Virus record (IMG/VR): IMGVR_UViG_3300045988_137753
Coordinates: 1-58,009 of that record
Length of the DNA stretch: 58,009 nt
Reading direction: 5' to 3' (one strand)
Source of the DNA: a virus
The notes under the pieces were generated by a model. That model made no database searches. It was not told the origin of the DNA and was given only the letters and a program-made list of their open reading frames with translations. Shown piece by piece: positions 1-9,208 of this stretch. A program made the position numbers and the translations under genes. The stretch's first letter is position 1; each line of letters begins with the position of its first letter.

Positions 1-2
1 AT

Positions 3-113
3 AAAGCTAAAGTTATTAGTCAATGTAAATGTGGATGTACTATAGATGGAAGAGCAAAAGATGAAGTTAGAGTATGGAGTTATGATCCAATAACAGAAGA
101 GGTGAAGCAATGA
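3..113 (+). CDS. small zinc-ribbon protein, 3' part of an ORF that starts at 57882 and crosses the circular junction
   Basis: Frame of ATG 57882 (CPHC..CKCGC) runs through the 55-nt end/start overlap and stops at TGA 111-113; ATGA overlap with next ORF. Confidence 0.5.
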   Translation, partial: KAKVISQCKCGCTIDGRAKDEVRVWSYDPITEEVKQ

Positions 114-298
114 AATTAACAGGATTACAAATAAGAAACATGCAGATGTTACAGGACCTAGAGAAAATGATAAAAGAACTTGAGATAAAAAGAATAGAAA
201 AGGACCTAATAAATACAAATAAATATAAAGAACTATATAAGATTTATCATAGATTGTTAGAGGAGATTGGATATGAAAGAGATTATAAAGTTTGCTAA
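110..298 (+). CDS. hypothetical small charged/coiled protein
   Basis: 62-aa ORF in track, translationally coupled (ATGA) to upstream ORF. Confidence 0.5.
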   Translation: MKLTGLQIRNMQMLQDLEKMIKELEIKRIEKDLINTNKYKELYKIYHRLLEEIGYERDYKVC

Positions 299-389
299 AT
301 TCTATTATGAGCTAGGATATAGCTTGAATGAAGCGATAACTATGGCTATTAATATAGCTAGAGAAGTGGAGATGAGTAAATATGAGTGA
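273..389 (+). CDS. hypothetical 38-aa protein
   Basis: ATG 273 preceded by AGGAG; stop overlaps start of next gene (ATGAGTGA); below the track length cutoff. Confidence 0.3.
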   Translation: MKEIIKFAKFYYELGYSLNEAITMAINIAREVEMSKYE

Positions 390-738
390 AGCACAAGAGC
401 AGAAAGCAGTCATAGAATGGTGTAATTGGAACTCAAATAGATTTGAAGAGCTCAAATGGATATTCCATTGTCCTAATGAAGCAAAAAGAAGTAAGACAAC
501 AGGAGCAGAATTAAAAAGACTTGGTATGCGAGCTGGAGTGCCGGACATCTTACTCCTAGCACCTAAAGGTAAATACATAGGACTTGCAATTGAGATGAAA
601 TATGGAAAGAATAAATGTACCATAGAACAAGTTAAATGGCTAGATTGGTTATATAAGCAGGGATATATGTGCAAGGTTTGTTATTCAGCAGAAGATGCGA
701 TAGCAGTAATAAAAGAGTATTTAGGAATTGAGAGATAA
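382..738 (+). CDS. VRR-NUC domain nuclease (PD-(D/E)xK)
   Basis: GVPDILLL...GLAIEMK motif arrangement typical of VRR-NUC. Confidence 0.75.
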   Translation: MSEAQEQKAVIEWCNWNSNRFEELKWIFHCPNEAKRSKTTGAELKRLGMRAGVPDILLLAPKGKYIGLAIEMKYGKNKCTIEQVKWLDWLYKQGYMCKVCYSAEDAIAVIKEYLGIER

Positions 739-829
739 AACTACATAGGGGGATAGAAAAAACGAAATAAGTATATCTCCCTATTATCATATACTAATGA
801 TAACCAATTAGGAATAAGGGGGCGAGCTG

Positions 830-1810
830 ATGACAATAGGATTAATAGATATAGATAGTAAAATACCGAATTTAGCACTAATGAAAATATCAAATTATTA
901 TAAAAATCTTGGTGAACAAGTAGAATTTGTACAGAAAAATAAGAAGTATGAAAAAATATATGCAAGTACTATTTTTACTAGATCTAAACCAATGGCAGAA
1001 AAGCTTATAGAAAAGTACGAAGGGAATATAGATATAGGTGGGACAGGATGGGATATAAAAAAAGAATTGCCTATAGAAATTGAAAAAACCAAACCAGATT
1101 ATAATCTTTATACAGCAGAAGAGATAGCATCCAGAATGAAAGGTATAGGAACAAAAGAACATAAATTAAAGAAAGCTAATGAAATAGTAAATGCTGGTAT
1201 GGGATTTACTAGCAGAGGATGTATAAGAAATTGTGGATTTTGTTTTGTACCTAAAAAAGAAGGCAAGCTCAGAGATGTAGCAGAAATAGGCGATTTAATT
1301 AATCCTAAAAGTAATGTATTGATACTTCATGATAATAACTTTACAGCTGACCCTTATTGCATAAACAAGTTAAAAGAAATAAAAGAACGTAAACTTATAG
1401 TTGATATTAACCAAGGATGTGATGTTAGATTGATGACTGATGAAAAAGCATATTGGTTAGGACAAGTTAAACATTTAAGAAGTTTACATTATGCATGGGA
1501 TTTAATGGAATATGAAAATAAAGTATTAGAAGGTATAAAAATACTTTCTAAATATGTTAAAAAATATAAACATATGTGTTTTATGTTAGTTGGATTTAAT
1601 ACTACTTTTGAAGAAGATATGTATAGATTTAAAAAATTATCAAGTATGAAAGTAGATCCATTTGTTATGATATATAACCAAATACCGGATATTAGATTAA
1701 AGCATTTTGCTAGATGGGTTAATGGAAGAATATATAAGAAATGCAAATTTGAAGAGTATGAACCATGGATAAAAGCACAAGCAACTTATAATCAAATAAG
1801 TCTATTTTAG
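830..1810 (+). CDS. radical SAM domain protein
   Basis: CIRNCGFC = CX3CX2C cluster motif in GFTSRGCIRNCGFCFVP. Confidence 0.7.
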   Translation: MTIGLIDIDSKIPNLALMKISNYYKNLGEQVEFVQKNKKYEKIYASTIFTRSKPMAEKLIEKYEGNIDIGGTGWDIKKELPIEIEKTKPDYNLYTAEEIASRMKGIGTKEHKLKKANEIVNAGMGFTSRGCIRNCGFCFVPKKEGKLRDVAEIGDLINPKSNVLILHDNNFTADPYCINKLKEIKERKLIVDINQGCDVRLMTDEKAYWLGQVKHLRSLHYAWDLMEYENKVLEGIKILSKYVKKYKHMCFMLVGFNTTFEEDMYRFKKLSSMKVDPFVMIYNQIPDIRLKHFARWVNGRIYKKCKFEEYEPWIKAQATYNQISLF

Positions 1811-1822
1811 GGAGGTGATATT

Positions 1823-1939
1823 ATGCTAGACGAGTTAAAAGAAATACTTAGCAGTTTATATTGCCAACTAGGATTGACAGATGACATTTTAAGGCTGTCA
1901 CAAGTAATAGATGAACTAATTAATCAAGAGATGAAATAA
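1823..1939 (+). CDS. Spo0E-like aspartyl-phosphate phosphatase family protein (38 aa)
   Basis: GGAGGTG RBS 1811-1817; LSQVIDELIN matches the Spo0E-family SQxxDxLI signature; not in ORF track (short). Confidence 0.55.
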   Translation: MLDELKEILSSLYCQLGLTDDILRLSQVIDELINQEMK

Positions 1940-1952
1940 GGGGGATTTAAAT

Positions 1953-2318
1953 ATGTTATTAAATAGAAAATATATAAATGACCTTATAGAAGAATTAGAG
2001 AGAGCACAAGAAACAAATAAACATTGTCATAAAATAATAGAATTCTGGAGAGAAAGAAGCAACAAATTAAAGGAAGATATAGAAGTTAAAGAGGACACAA
2101 TCGAAAATCTATTAGATGCAAATAAAGAGTTAAGCCTAGCAAATACTTACTTAGAAAAACAAAATATATCATTTGCAAAGGAAAATGCAATGTTGGAAAA
2201 AGAATTACAAGAGTTAAAAACTAAACATAGCAAAACTACAGGGCAATTGGACAAGTTAAGAAATTACTGTAGACAGTTAACAGGGATAGATATATTAGGA
2301 ACAGGGGAGGATGAATAA
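1953..2318 (+). CDS. hypothetical coiled-coil protein
   Basis: 121-aa ORF rich in E/K/L heptads. Confidence 0.55.
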   Translation: MLLNRKYINDLIEELERAQETNKHCHKIIEFWRERSNKLKEDIEVKEDTIENLLDANKELSLANTYLEKQNISFAKENAMLEKELQELKTKHSKTTGQLDKLRNYCRQLTGIDILGTGEDE

Positions 2319-2955
2319 TATGTTAAAAGTTGAAAATGTACATGTTTACGGATTAAGTAATGCAATAGAAACTGCAAGATATCCTATGGTAGCAGATGTA
2401 AAAGAATATAGAGAAAATGTGGATTATGAAAAAGCAATTAGAAATGCTTGCAACTTAGCTAATACTGGTAATAGTGAAGGCCATAATCAATTTTTAACAG
2501 GAATAACAGTTACTTTTGATGTAACTGCTTCAGTACAATGGTGGCCAGAGGCTCAAAGATACAAGTTTATGAATTTCATATCTAGTACATCTAAGATGCA
2601 CAAATTATCTAAAATGACTTTAGAAAAGTGTTGTAATGCTTTTGTAGATGAACAAATTATACATATAGCTGAGCAATATCAAAAATCTTATAACAAAGAT
2701 GTTCAAAAATACAGAGAAGGAAAAATAACTAAAGAAGAGCTAGACTACTCATTTTATTATATGGTTTATAATATTCCTCTAGGATTTGAACTAACAGCAG
2801 GAATGATTACAAATTATAGATGTCTTAGAAATATATACTTCCAAAGAAGAAATCACCGCTTACAAGAATGGCAAGTATTCTGTGATTGGATAGAAACATT
2901 ACCTATGGCAGATAAATTAATTACAGTGAGATATAACAAGGGAGATGATAAATAA
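2311..2955 (+). CDS. hypothetical protein (weak ThyX-like motif spacing, unconfirmed)
   Basis: 214-aa ORF after GGGGAGG; SVQWWPEAQRY and NYRCLRNIYFQRRNHRLQEW loosely recall ThyX blocks, but the RHR motif is not canonical. Confidence 0.5.
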   Translation: MNNMLKVENVHVYGLSNAIETARYPMVADVKEYRENVDYEKAIRNACNLANTGNSEGHNQFLTGITVTFDVTASVQWWPEAQRYKFMNFISSTSKMHKLSKMTLEKCCNAFVDEQIIHIAEQYQKSYNKDVQKYREGKITKEELDYSFYYMVYNIPLGFELTAGMITNYRCLRNIYFQRRNHRLQEWQVFCDWIETLPMADKLITVRYNKGDDK

Positions 2956-3143
2956 TGAGAGCAAAAAGAAAAACTTGTAAAGAAAGAGAACTAGTCAACA
3001 TGATAAATAAGAGATTTAAAGTGTTTTGTAATGAGTCTTATGATCTAGATGGAACAGGATGCATGAATTGTGAATTAGATTTTGAAGATGAAGAAAGTTG
3101 TGAAATACAATATATAAAAATGCTAATGGGAAAGGATGAATAG
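2955..3143 (+). CDS. small Cys-rich hypothetical protein
   Basis: 62-aa ORF, ATGA-coupled. Confidence 0.45.
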   Translation: MRAKRKTCKERELVNMINKRFKVFCNESYDLDGTGCMNCELDFEDEESCEIQYIKMLMGKDE

Positions 3144-3446
3144 ATGAATATAGAAGAAATTAATGGAGCTATAAAAGAAATAGCAGATAATTTTAAGAAT
3201 CCATCGCAACAACTTAAGTTAATTGAAGAACTAGGAGAATTATCAAGAGAATTGTCTAAAGATATAGCAGTAGGTAGAAATATATCTACTGCTACAATAT
3301 CAGAAATAGTTGATGTAGCTATACTAATTGAACAAATATTATATTTAGCGGAAGAAGAAGCAGCGGAATTAGCAAGAGAACAACTAGAATATAAACTTCA
3401 AAGAACATTGAGAAGAATCGAGGAGGGATATTATGAAAATAAATAA
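3144..3446 (+). CDS. MazG-like nucleotide pyrophosphohydrolase
   Basis: IEELGELSRE ... EIVDVAILIEQI, the EExxE / ExxD helices typical of small MazG proteins. Confidence 0.55.
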   Translation: MNIEEINGAIKEIADNFKNPSQQLKLIEELGELSRELSKDIAVGRNISTATISEIVDVAILIEQILYLAEEEAAELAREQLEYKLQRTLRRIEEGYYENK

Positions 3447-3978
3447 AACATTAATAATATCAATAAGCGGAGTGTTATTGACAGGAATTCTTTGTGTATT
3501 CGCTACACAAGGAGTTCAAAATAAGGCCATAGGATTAGAGGAACAGATACTAACTGCATCTTCAGATATAGAGATTCAAGAAAAAAGAAGAATAGACTTA
3601 GTTTATAATTTAGTAGATATAGTAAAGCAATATGACAAGTATGAAGCAAAAACTTTAAAAGATATAGTTAAGGCTAGAGGGAATAAAGATGGAGACATAT
3701 CTGAAGTAAATACTGTTCTAAGTGCAGTAACTGAAGCGTATCCAGAATTAAAATCAAATGAAAACTATAAGCAGCTTATGACAGAATTAACAGTTACAGA
3801 AAATATGATGGTTGATTATAGAACCAATTACAATACGCAAATAAAAGCATACAACAGGTATGTTAGAAAGTTCCCTAATAGGTTTATATTAGATCTGCTA
3901 GGATATGATGTGGTATCTTATACATATTTAGAATATAATGCCCCTTCAACAGCTCCACAGGGTTTATTTAATGAATGA
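3433..3978 (+). CDS. LemA family membrane protein
   Basis: N-terminal TM helix plus YNRYVRKFPNRFILDLLGY LemA-type C-terminus. Confidence 0.75.
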   Translation: MKINKTLIISISGVLLTGILCVFATQGVQNKAIGLEEQILTASSDIEIQEKRRIDLVYNLVDIVKQYDKYEAKTLKDIVKARGNKDGDISEVNTVLSAVTEAYPELKSNENYKQLMTELTVTENMMVDYRTNYNTQIKAYNRYVRKFPNRFILDLLGYDVVSYTYLEYNAPSTAPQGLFNE

Positions 3979-4702
3979 TATAGAAATAACTAAAAGAGAA
4001 GTAATAGCTAGTATATCAATACTGGCTATTATGATGATAATAGGAATCATAATAGGCGGGAAGCTCAATGAGTATAACCAAGATCAAAATGCTAAGTATA
4101 ATAAAGCGTTTAAGATATCTAAAGATAAGGATTTATTTGCTTATGCAATGAAAACTAACGTAGGTAATGTTTTTGCAGAAGGGGAGATAAAAGCAGTAGA
4201 TACAGTTAGTAATGAAGATATTGAAGGTGAATATTTAATCATTAAAAAGATTAAAGAAAAATATACTAAACATACAAGAACTGTAACAACTAAAGTTAAT
4301 GGTAAAACTAAGAGAAGGACTAAAACTTACTGGACTTGGGATAGAGTAGGTAGTGAAACTTTTAAATCTAAAGAACTAACCTTTCTAGGATCTATATTTA
4401 AAACATCTAAATTCAATCTGCCTAGTCCTGATTATATTACAACAATAAGTGGAGGATATCACATAAGATACAGATATTATGGCTTAGAGCCTAAATTTAA
4501 AGCAACTATATTTGCAACACTCAAGGAAAATACAATTATCAATGATAATGTAAAAATATATAAGGATAAGAATGTTCATGAGGCATTAGCAGAAGCAACA
4601 AGTGATGTTTCAATTTATATATTTTGGATACTATGGATAATAGTATCAGGGATAATTATATTTACATTTATATACTTTGATAATGATTGGCTAAATAAAT
4701 AA
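3971..4702 (+). CDS. membrane protein (TM helices at both ends), partner of LemA
   Basis: ORF 3938-4702; ATG 3971 overlaps the LemA stop; hydrophobic N- and C-terminal segments. Confidence 0.5.
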   Translation: MNDIEITKREVIASISILAIMMIIGIIIGGKLNEYNQDQNAKYNKAFKISKDKDLFAYAMKTNVGNVFAEGEIKAVDTVSNEDIEGEYLIIKKIKEKYTKHTRTVTTKVNGKTKRRTKTYWTWDRVGSETFKSKELTFLGSIFKTSKFNLPSPDYITTISGGYHIRYRYYGLEPKFKATIFATLKENTIINDNVKIYKDKNVHEALAEATSDVSIYIFWILWIIVSGIIIFTFIYFDNDWLNK

Positions 4703-4714
4703 CAGGAGGAACAT

Positions 4715-4822
4715 ATGGATTTAAGTAAATGCAATTCATTGGATGAATTAAAACAGGAAATATTAAGGCTTAGAAATGAAAATAGAGAACTTAAGGAACA
4801 AATATCAAAGGAAGAGGAATAA
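4715..4822 (+). CDS. hypothetical 35-aa coiled peptide
   Basis: ATG 4715 after CAGGAGGA RBS. Confidence 0.35.
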   Translation: MDLSKCNSLDELKQEILRLRNENRELKEQISKEEE

Positions 4823-4939
4823 CACCTAAAATAATGGGTGATAAAAATGCTTTAATATTAGACCAAGCTATACATTTTTTAACTTTAATATTAGCACTGG
4901 TTATTGAATAAAAATTTGATTTTATAAGGAGCTGGGAGT

Positions 4940-5338
4940 ATGGAGAAAAGAGAATTACAAGAATATATAGAAACCAAAAGAGAATTAGATATTATAAAGG
5001 ATAAAATAGAGTACCTAGAAGAAAAGAAAACAAGCATTAAAAGTATGATAATAGATGATATGCCAAAAGGTGGAAGTTTTGAAAATGATAGATTAGGAGT
5101 GTTGCTAGGAGAAATAGAAGAATTACTTAATATATACAATGAAAAACAAATAAGATTACTTAAGCAACAAAGGGCAATAGAAAATACAATAGATACATTG
5201 GAAGATGCAGTAGATAGAAATATAATGAGGTTAAGATATATTGACGGATATACGTGGGAAAGACTATGTGTTTTGATGAATTACAGTTGGAATGGAATAC
5301 ATAAAAAGCATAGAAAAATATTAGAAAAAATAAGATAA
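4940..5338 (+). CDS. late-gene transcriptional regulator, sigma-70 region-4-like (ArpU/RinA/DUF1492-like)
   Basis: C-terminal RLRYIDGYTWERLCVLMNYSWNGIHKKHRKILEKI HTH; sits just upstream of the packaging module. Confidence 0.5.
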   Translation: MEKRELQEYIETKRELDIIKDKIEYLEEKKTSIKSMIIDDMPKGGSFENDRLGVLLGEIEELLNIYNEKQIRLLKQQRAIENTIDTLEDAVDRNIMRLRYIDGYTWERLCVLMNYSWNGIHKKHRKILEKIR

Positions 5339-5640
5339 GGGTACTCCGGTGTACTATGAAAGCTGGTAATATATAAGCATGGAAGATTAGTAAAGCATAC
5401 CACACTATGCTGGAGAAATGAGAACTTAATTCCACTCAAATTAAGTTTCTGGAGGGACAAGAGTAGAGGTGCTCTTCCCTCAATATGTTGCTATGGGATT
5501 TATATACAAGTGGAGTATTAAATTGTCGACTATATATGAAACAAGTATATACTCGTGTTCAACTCATGAGGCAACTAATATATATATTAAAACATAGTAG
5601 TAGGAGTGAGAGGACCACTTTAAAACCTCCGGAGTAAACC
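5339..5640 (+). ncRNA. candidate structured RNA (unclassified; possibly intron-like)
   Basis: About 300 nt without an ORF. Long-range pairs TACTCCGG/CCGGAGTA and TACTATG/CATAGTA enclose several perfect local hairpins (AGCATA..TATGCT, ACTTAATT..AATTAAGT, GGGA(C)AAGAG..CTCTTCCC, GTTGC..GCAAC). Confidence 0.4.
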
Positions 5641-5831
5641 GTGATAAAATCAAAATATTCATATATATTGTGTTTTAAAAAATCTATATAATATATCTAT
5701 ATATCTATATCTTTAATTATTTATATTCCATTTTAATGCGCCCATTGATTTGGGTGCAATATGAAGGTATGAGTATTATCCAGTGCAACTCTGGAAACCT
5801 TCTAAATTGTTTTTATTCATTACTCCCACAA

Positions 5832-5864
5832 AGAGCACTAATAATTTAGTGTTCTTTTTATTTG
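5832..5864 (+). terminator. rho-independent terminator
   Basis: AGAGCACTAA-TAAT-TTAGTGTTCT followed by a T-run. Confidence 0.5.
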
Positions 5865-5883
5865 TATGAAAAGGTGTGATTAT

Positions 5884-6318
5884 ATGGTGAAAAGATGGAA
5901 GGAAATAGATGAAGTTATAAAACCTACAATAGAAATTCCAAAGGAATTGTACAAATATGATGACATTATGAAGGAAATACCAAACTTTGATAAAACGGAT
6001 GGAGCAAAGAAAGTGTATGAAAGAAAAGAATACATAATACTAGCAGTAAAGAAAGGATATGTTGTATATAACACTGAGAAGCCATTTATAAAAGGACATT
6101 CCCATATATATGGTTTTAATGTCGCTAAAACAGTAATAGATAACTGTATAAGAAAAAAGATGCCTAAAACTAGAAACTTGTATCTATTGACCAGCCATGC
6201 GAGGGTAAGTAATGATGAAAAATATATAAGATTAGTTCAGGAATTAATAGAAGCTAAGTCGGACAAAAGAAAGCTAAAATATAGAAATAAAAATATAAAT
6301 AGTAAAAGGAGCAAATAA
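5884..6318 (+). CDS. hypothetical protein
   Basis: ORF 5866-6318; ATG 5884 has the better RBS (AAGGTG). Confidence 0.5.
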   Translation: MVKRWKEIDEVIKPTIEIPKELYKYDDIMKEIPNFDKTDGAKKVYERKEYIILAVKKGYVVYNTEKPFIKGHSHIYGFNVAKTVIDNCIRKKMPKTRNLYLLTSHARVSNDEKYIRLVQELIEAKSDKRKLKYRNKNINSKRSK

Positions 6319-6319
6319 A

Positions 6320-6565
6320 ATGATATTTAAAATATATTTAGCATTTGTAGCAGTATCGTTAATATCATTTATATTATATTTTCTAAGAATTAATGAATAT
6401 TTAGCAGACCAAGGATTGCGATGTGTAGCAAATATGTCTACTGTGAAATGCATTATATATTGTTTTGTGCCTTTATTTCATATTTATTTTGGACACGAGT
6501 GCTATTACTTTGGAGTTATAGCTAATGATGAAGAGTTTGAAGGATTTATTAATGGTGATTATTGA
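6320..6565 (+). CDS. small membrane protein
   Basis: 81-aa ORF with a hydrophobic N-terminus. Confidence 0.45.
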   Translation: MIFKIYLAFVAVSLISFILYFLRINEYLADQGLRCVANMSTVKCIIYCFVPLFHIYFGHECYYFGVIANDEEFEGFINGDY

Positions 6566-6592
6566 AAAATATTAATAGGGAGGTGGCATTAG

Positions 6593-7045
6593 GTGAAGCT
6601 AACTGAAAAACAAAAAGCATTTTGTGATTACTATATTGAGTCACTTAATGCTACTGAAAGTTATAAAAGAGCTTATGGATGTAACAATGATGCAACAGCT
6701 AGAACGGAAGGAAGTAAAAACCTTGCAAAACCTAACATTAAAAAATATATTGATGATAAAATGAAACAAATAGAAGAAGATAGAATAGCAGATGCTAAAG
6801 AAGTGTTAAGATACTTAACGAAAGGAATACGACAAGAATTAGAGGAAGAAGTAGTTGTTATGGTTAATACTGGAGATTACACATCTGAACCTCAAATTAT
6901 AAAAAAGAAAATATCTATAAAAGATGCAAATAAGTGCGCTGAGCTTCTCGGAAAAAGATATTCGTTATTTACTGAAAAAGTTGATTTAAATGGAAATGTA
7001 GGAGTAACAATAATTGATGATATAGGAAGCTTAGAAGATGAATAA
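6593..7045 (+). CDS. terS: terminase small subunit
   Basis: GTG start after GGGAGGTGG; KLTEKQKAFCDYYI...NATESYKRAYG is typical of Terminase_4-type small subunits; overlaps terL. Confidence 0.7.
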   Translation: MKLTEKQKAFCDYYIESLNATESYKRAYGCNNDATARTEGSKNLAKPNIKKYIDDKMKQIEEDRIADAKEVLRYLTKGIRQELEEEVVVMVNTGDYTSEPQIIKKKISIKDANKCAELLGKRYSLFTEKVDLNGNVGVTIIDDIGSLEDE

Positions 7046-8227
7046 AAGAATATCAGAAATTATAAATAAAAACTTTTATGAATTTTGGAAAACAATTAAC
7101 TCTAATAAATATCTATTTCATGTATTAAAAGGTGGTAGAGCATCCGCTAAATCAACTCATGTATCGCTATGGTTAGTACTAGCATTAATGAAATATCCAG
7201 TAACTTGTCTATGTATCAGAAAAGTTGGTAATACATTAGCTGAGTCAGTATTTGAACAGTTAAAAGAGGCTATAGATATATTAGGAGTTAATCATGTATG
7301 GAGAATACAAAAGTCTCCGCTTAAATTAATATACATTCCTAGAGGAAACAGTTTTATATTTAGAGGGGCAGATGATCCAACAAAAATTAAATCAATTAAA
7401 ATGAGTAAGTATCCTATAAGCTTTGTATGGATAGAAGAGCTGGCAGAATTCAAAACCGAAGATGAAGTGTCGATAATAATTAATTCGGTATTAAGAGCAG
7501 AATTACCAAAAGAATTAAGTTATAAAGTTATATATTCTTATAATCCACCTAAGAGAAAGCAATCATGGGTCAATAAAAAATTTGAAACGCAATTCGTTGC
7601 AGATAATACATATATCCATCATAGTACTTATTTAGATAATCCTCATATATCAAAAGCATTTATTGATGAAGCTGAGGAAGTAAAAAAGAAAAACGAATTT
7701 AAATATAGATGGGAATATTTAGGAGAACCTATAGGCTCAGGAGTAGTTCCTTTTTCTAATTTGGAGTTTAGAAGAATAACAGATGAAGAAATAAAATCTT
7801 TTGATAATATTAAACAAGGAAATGACTTTGGATATGCTACAGACCCTATGGCATTTGTTAGAATACACTACGATAGTAAAAAGAGAATGTTATATTTTAT
7901 AGATGAAATTTATGGAGTTAAAATGTCTATTAGAGAATTAGCTTCAAAAATTAAATTAAAGAAATATGATGATTTCCCGGTAACTTGCGATGCATCTGAA
8001 CCACGTAGCATAGCAGAGCTTAGAGAATATGGTATAAAAGCAACAAGGGCTAAGAAAGGACCAGGTTCAGTAGAGTTTGGGGAAAATTGGCTAGATGATT
8101 TAGAAGCGATTGTTATAGATAGTAAAAGAACACCAAATACAGCACGAGAATTTGAAAATATAGATTATCAAACTGATAGGGATGGCAATACAATATCTAA
8201 ACTAGAAGATAAGGATAATCACTCGAT
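7038..8227 (+). CDS. terL: terminase large subunit, exon 1
   Basis: Walker A LKGGRASAKS and Walker B FVWIEE; the ORF breaks inside the nuclease motif at ...DKDNHS(I). Confidence 0.85.
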
Positions 8228-9129
8228 GGGTAGAGTAGCTTAGTCGAGTATAAACCGAGGAATTAAGCGGGAAGGCTGAAAAGCTAATCCGAACCGAAGG
8301 CTAATTTTAAAAGATTAGTCAGGGGCAGAGACTAGAAATTGAACCTCAAAAGAGAATATAATATTTCCACGAGACCTCGGAATTTACTTTATTGCGTATT
8401 GATACGGCAAGATATGTTATGATATAATATTATTATAATATATCGGAGGTGTTAATATGAAAACAATCATATTAGATGGTTATAAATTTACTAAAACAGA
8501 AAATAAAAAATATCATTATAATTCAACTTTAAGAAAATATTTACATCAATACATATGGGAAAAAGAAAATGGTTCAATCCCAAAAGGATATGAAATACAT
8601 CATATAGACCAAAATACTGATAATAATAGTATTGAGAATTTATGCTTATTATCAATAAAAGAACATAAAGAAATCCACAAAGAACTTTCATGGAATGAAG
8701 AAAGAAAAGAATGGGCTAGAAATAATTTAAATGAAAAAGCTAGACCAAAAGCGAAAGAATGGCATGGAAGCGAAAAAGGCAAGGAATGGCATAAAAAACA
8801 TTATGAACGAATGAAGGATAAGCTATTTGTAGAAAAAGAATTTGAATGTGAATATTGTAAAAAGAAATATAAAGCTATAAATAATAATACAAATAGATTT
8901 TGTTCTAATAAATGTAAAAGTGCATGGAGAAGAAAAAGCGGAATTGATGATGTAGAAAAAGTATGTAAAATATGTGGAAGTAAATTTAAAACCAACAAGT
9001 ATAGCAAAACTAAAACTTGTTCTAGAAGTTGTGCTAATAGATTAAAAAGTAAATTAAAAGATAGTCCGAACTTATAGGAATAACAACTATAAGAAGTAAA
9101 GGATAAAGAGCCCTTACGATAACAAAATG
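8228..9129 (+). mobile_element. group-I-like self-splicing intron in terL carrying an HNH homing endonuclease
   Basis: Exon 1 ends in U and the intron ends in G. Joining 8227 to 9130 restores DKDNHSIDATRYALE. The 3' end GATAACAAAATG is shared with the other two introns. Confidence 0.75.
8457..9077 (+). CDS. HNH homing endonuclease (intron-encoded)
   Basis: GYEIHHIDQNTDNNSIENLCLLSIKEHKEIH HNH motif plus C-terminal CxxC zinc ribbons. Confidence 0.85.
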   Translation: MKTIILDGYKFTKTENKKYHYNSTLRKYLHQYIWEKENGSIPKGYEIHHIDQNTDNNSIENLCLLSIKEHKEIHKELSWNEERKEWARNNLNEKARPKAKEWHGSEKGKEWHKKHYERMKDKLFVEKEFECEYCKKKYKAINNNTNRFCSNKCKSAWRRKSGIDDVEKVCKICGSKFKTNKYSKTKTCSRSCANRLKSKLKDSPNL

Positions 9130-9196
9130 TGATGCCACTAGATATGCATTAGAAAATGAAATGAAAGTTAAAAGCAATATACAAGTATTTAAATAG
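9130..9196 (+). CDS. terL: terminase large subunit, exon 2
   Basis: Reads (I)DATRYALENEMKVKSNIQVFK*, the missing conserved DAxRYA nuclease motif. Confidence 0.7.
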
Positions 9197-9208
9197 GAGG
9201 TGATAAAA

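Noticed and set aside
1-55. Treating the 55-nt terminal duplication as a biological direct terminal repeat or cos region
   Set aside because: The exact length and identity, with an ORF reading through the join, fit an assembly circularisation overlap. The window gives no independent evidence for physical ends.
312-674. 120-aa minus-strand ORF opposite the VRR-NUC gene
   Set aside because: It is antisense to a motif-supported gene, and its composition is not protein-like.
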